A stretch of 64,000 bases of DNA from contig OX597819.1 of NCBI GenBank assembly GCA_951406725.2, forward strand, positions 64,790,001-64,854,000, written 5' to 3'. The translations under genes were made by a program, and so were the position numbers. A model generated the notes under the pieces. That model was given only the letters and a program-made list of their open reading frames with translations. It was not told the DNA's origin and made no database searches. Within the stretch, counting starts at the first letter, position 1, and each line of letters begins with the position of its first letter. Positions 59,771 to 64,000 of this stretch are shown here, in pieces. The DNA is from Octopus vulgaris. Its lineage: Eukaryota.

Positions 59771-60181
59771 GTCTGTCTTTCCATTTCTCTGTCTATGTGT
59801 GGTGCGCGTGCCTCAGTGTGTGTCGTACATTATATGTGGGTTTTACATTCGTTGGTCCAGTTTACCCCATTCCCATAAAATCCTCTATACATTACTGTAT
59901 AGTATATATACTATATGCAGAATATATCCCCGAAGGTCACTTACCTCTTTTACATACTACGATATCATTGGCAGATCAATATAAACAATGAACATATGTT
60001 TCTATAGGTGTGATTAAAACCAACTAAATTAAATAAATCTCAGATATAATGATGCGTGATGAAATGTACTTAACCACAATTAATATACCAGTGAAAGAAT
60101 TTATTGTGTAGGGAGCTTTCGAACACTATATAAATACATATAGAAATTTTGGTGAAATAATTTTATTAATTTGTTTTTTAC

Positions 60182-60301
60182 TCAAGGCACAGGGCTTCAA
60201 ATTTTGGCGGAGAGATCCAGTCGATTAGATCGACCCCAGTGCGTAATTGGTACTTAATTTATCGGCTCCACAAATGATGAAATGCACAGTCGACCTCGGC
60301 G
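60182..60301 (-). mobile_element. SINE family A, 3' part
   Basis: gtcgattagatcgaccccagtgcgtaattggtacttaatttatcg...gtcgacctcggc. Confidence 0.75.
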
Positions 60302-60410
60302 TGCTACGTTTCTGCCTGGGCATCAAAGGGAAACAGTTTAAGAGAATGTGTGCGCGCGTGTGTATGCGTTTGTGTGTGTTGTGTTTGTGTGAGTGAAAGA
60401 GAGAGAGAGA

Positions 60411-60454
<44 letters not shown>

Positions 60455-60714
60455 ATGAGAAAAGAGGTATGTGGCATAGATTTATGTTTGAAATTTTAAC
60501 TATGCCAGGAATTTTGTGAGAGAGATTAAAAGGATTACTTCGACCCCTCTTCTCAATTTCTACTTCAACCTCAGAAAAATAAAAATCGGCTCCGGTGGGG
60601 ATATTTGAGCTCCAAGCGTAAATCTCAGAAAAAATGCTGCTCAGCATTTCTTGCGACTCTCTTTACGATACGGCCCGCTACCTACAGTCGCATATATTTA
60701 AATATTCGCTTCAG

Positions 60715-60885
60715 CTTTTGGCACAAGGCCAGCAATTTTGGCATTGGTGGTAAGTCAATTACATCAACCCCTGTACCTAACTGGTACAAAATATACATCA
60801 GCGGAATTTGGACTCAGAACGTAAAGATGGATAAAATTTCAGTCTGCATTTTGTTCGGCTTTCTAACGCTTATGCCAACTCACCG
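60715..60885 (-). mobile_element. SINE family A, degraded
   Basis: gcggaatttggactcagaacgtaaag is the rc of box B. ctggtac core. Confidence 0.6.
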
Positions 60886-61524
60886 TATTACAGAGACTTG
60901 TATATTAACAAATATTCTTTTTAAGGTTTACTGAATGTTGAATATGTATAATATAAACCTTATTGCCATATCTGGGGATGATGGAGGGCGTCAGAGATTC
61001 TTTAATATAATTAACGATATATTTAACTGATGCTATGTTGAGAAAATTCCTATTTGATTAAATATGTAATTTATGAATATACGAGTATCTGACGTATTTT
61101 TTGGTTACCATGTATACACTTTTCTGAACGTAATCTTTTTCTATTTAAACTTAGACGCATCAAGGACGTTATATAAAAATAAAATAATTAATTGGCTTTA
61201 TAGAATACATTTAGATGTTATTCAGATTATTAAACTGACATTATGGTGATTAAGGAATGGATTAAAAAAATATTTAATGGATTACAGCGCATTTCATACT
61301 ATATATATATGTTACTACATACTCAAAATTTGCAGAAATATAAATACGAAATTAACTCTTTCATTGTATGGAACTAAATTTCGTTCAATACTCTTATGGA
61401 TTTAGCGCAGAATAACACAACGTATAATCGGATGTACGTGATAGATTTCATTATTTTATTTTTTTAATTACAATGTTATTAATGTTTACAAAAAAAAGAG
61501 AAAAAATGCTGAAAAGTAAATTAC

Positions 61525-61978
61525 GTGGCTGTGTGGTAAGAAACTGGCTTCTCAACCACATGTTTCCGAGTTCAGTTCCATTAAGAGACACCTTGGACAA
61601 GTGACTTCTACTATAGCCTTTGCAGACCCAAGCCATGTGTGGAATTGTTTGACGGAAACTGAAAGAAGCCCGTCGTATATATATATGTGTGTGTGTGTGT
61701 TTATGTGTGTGTTTTTGAGTGTGTGACTGTGTGTGCGTTCGTGGGTGTGCGTGTCTGTATGTGTCTTTCTGGCTGTTTGTTCCTCACCACCGCTTCACAA
61801 CCGGTGATGTATTGTTTATGTTCACGTAACTTAGCGATTCGGCAGAAAATGATTGATAGAATAAGTACCAGTGTTTTTGTTTCAAGTATTGACGTCGATT
61901 CAATCGACTGTTTATTGTTTAAGGCACTGCTCCATCATGACCGCATTCAAATGAATGAAACAAGCAGAAAATAAAGAG
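61525..61978 (+). mobile_element. SINE family B, full length
   Basis: gtggctgtgtggtaag...gagttcagttcc...caccttggacaagtg...gacggaaactgaaagaagcccgtcg, followed by the tail. Confidence 0.85.
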
Positions 61979-62244
61979 AAATAAGCGTTTTCGCTTTTTA
62001 ATACCTGTTTTAAAATTTGTCACATTTTGACTTCTTCGGATTTTGAAAAGAGAGAGAAGATGTTTCTGTAGATACGTTGTAACGTCGCGAATAGAAACCT
62101 ACCTAATTACATAGAAATTTATTTTATATAGGATTAATGTACATTATTTTTAACTCGTTATCAGTTTCCTAATGGAATGAAAGTGCTGAGAATTTATTAG
62201 ATATTTAAAGTAGATCTTAAGGTGGATTTAATCACTAATAACTA

Positions 62245-62632
62245 TATACTTTCTACTCTAGGCACAATGCCCGAAATTTTGGGGGAGGGGGCATGTTGAT
62301 TAGATCGACCCCAGTATTGAAGTGGTAATTAATTTATCGACCCCGAAATGATGAAAGGCAAAGGAATTTCAACATAGAAAGTAAAGACAGACGAAATACC
62401 TATTTCTTTACTACCCACAAGGGGCCAAACACAGAGAGGACAAACAAGGACAGACAAACGGATTAAGTCGATTATATCGACCTCAGTGCGTAACTGGTAC
62501 TTATTTAATCGATCCCGAAAGGATGAAAGGCAAAGTCGACCTCAGCGTAATTTGAACTCAGAACATAACGGCAGACGAAATACTGCTAAGCATTTCGCCC
62601 GGCGTGCTAACAGTTCTGCCAGCTCACCGCCT
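62245..62632 (-). mobile_element. SINE family A, dimeric form
   Basis: Full monomer 62632-62400 followed by a second core 62399-62245 with a different tail. Confidence 0.85.
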
Positions 62633-63232
62633 TTACTAATAAATATATCACAGCAGTTAAGTACCTATATATAAATTGTAAAAATACTCCGAGTTATGTC
62701 ACCATGTCACTTATCTTATTAAATTAATTCCCGAAAGGCTTTCCACAACGAACATAAAATACATACGAAATCTAATTCCTATATAATTTATAGTAAGATA
62801 AAACTTAATAGTATTAAACTAACATATCAATGTAAATACTTATAGAATAAGATTGTGTCTGTGTGTATAAATGCTGTTAGTGAGAGAGACGGAGAAAAAC
62901 ATTGCCTTTCATTGCCGGAATTTAACTCCACCGACATAATACTATTTATTACGCAAATCAAGTTGTTTGAGATGCAGCAATGTGTTAAGTGTAAATAATT
63001 ACTGACAAATTCTTTTATTTTAGCGGTAAATCAATTAGCATATATAATTATTTAATTTCAGATCATCACATCGAATATGCATTTCAAAATCTCAGCATTG
63101 CTCTATTACGATATTCCAAAATATACATCTAACTTATTTTATACTGACGAGATTACATGTAGGAGAAAAGTCTTGCTATCAGAAAATCTTACTAAAATTT
63201 CATTAGTTGCTTACATTTTGTATAATCTTTTA

Positions 63233-63394
63233 TAGGTAGAAGTGGCTGTGTGGTGAGTAGCTCGCTTCCGAACCATACGGCTCCTGGTTCAGTCCCACTA
63301 CGTGGAATCTTGCGTAAGTATCTTCTACTATAGCCTCGGGCCGACCAAGGCCGTGTGAGTGGATTTGGTAGACAGAAACTGATCGAAGCTTGTC

Positions 63395-63449
<55 letters not shown>

Positions 63450-63650
63450 TGTGCGCCTGTGTTTGTCCCACAAACATCGCTTCACAACAGATGCTGTTGT
63501 GTTTACGTTCCCGTAACTTAGTAGTCCGGCAAAAGAGACCGATAGAATGAGTACTAAGCTTACAAAAAATAAGTACTAGGGTCGATTTGCTCGACTAAAG
63601 GCGGTGCTCCAGCAATGCCGATGTCAAATGACTGAAACAAGTAAAAGAAA
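63233..63650 (+). mobile_element. SINE family B, full length
   Basis: aggtagaagtggctgtgtggtgag...ggttcagtcccac...tatagcctcgggccgacc...ggcggtgctccagc...gactgaaacaagtaaaag. Confidence 0.88.
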
Positions 63651-63691
63651 AATAGTAAGTAATAAATAAATAATTATTAATAATAATAGAT

Positions 63692-64000
63692 GAGCATCTT
63701 ATAAAACAGCATATGTAAGTACCTAGATGAGAACGATCTACTACCAGTGGAACAAAAAGGGTGTAGACGTTAGAGTAGAGGGACGAAGGATCAATTACTA
63801 ATCGATAACATTATCCTGGTTGACTGCAAGATACACAAAAAATTGGCGATAGCATGGTTGGACTACAGGAAAACATATGACATGGTTCCACACTCGTGGA
63901 ATATTGAATGCCTTAAACTGCTTAAGATCTCCCACAATATCTGAAGTTAATACAAAACTCAATGACAATATGGTAAACTGAACTCACAGCATGGGCAGAT
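63692..64000 (+). mobile_element. R4/Dong-type LINE RT fragment (runs off the window)
   Basis: YLDENDLLPVEQKGCRR*SRGTKDQLLID...AIAWLDYRKTYDMVPHSW, homologous to 11640-11830. Preceded by an (AAT)-rich tract. Confidence 0.85.

Noticed and set aside
63144-63171. CTGACGA...GAAAAGTC
   Set aside because: No closing stem II and no stem I pairing, so probably a chance match.

Overview
AT-rich, gene-poor animal genomic DNA. The SINE families point to an octopus, which is an inference. I found no convincing host gene, and nearly all ORFs in the track are microsatellite artefacts. The window is a mosaic of (TA)n, (CA)n, (AAT)n and (GAA)n microsatellites and transposon remains: two abundant tRNA-derived SINE families, several decayed R4/Dong-type RLE LINEs in (AAT)n, an RTE LINE with a ~75-bp flanking duplication, a 3'-truncated APE LINE, Helitron derivatives (one with a PIF1-helicase fragment) and foldback/MITE-like hairpins. 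The most striking signal is a set of short non-coding elements in or beside (TA)n arrays that carry type I hammerhead ribozyme (HHR) motifs. The best is a repeat-spacer-repeat retrozyme-like element (54996-55816) with two canonical minus-strand HHRs exactly 482 nt apart. A Penelope-like GIY-YIG endonuclease remnant with its own downstream HHR (46273-47083) lies in the same kind of target. Together these suggest a (TA)n-targeting Penelope/retrozyme system. All folds and alignments were done by eye.
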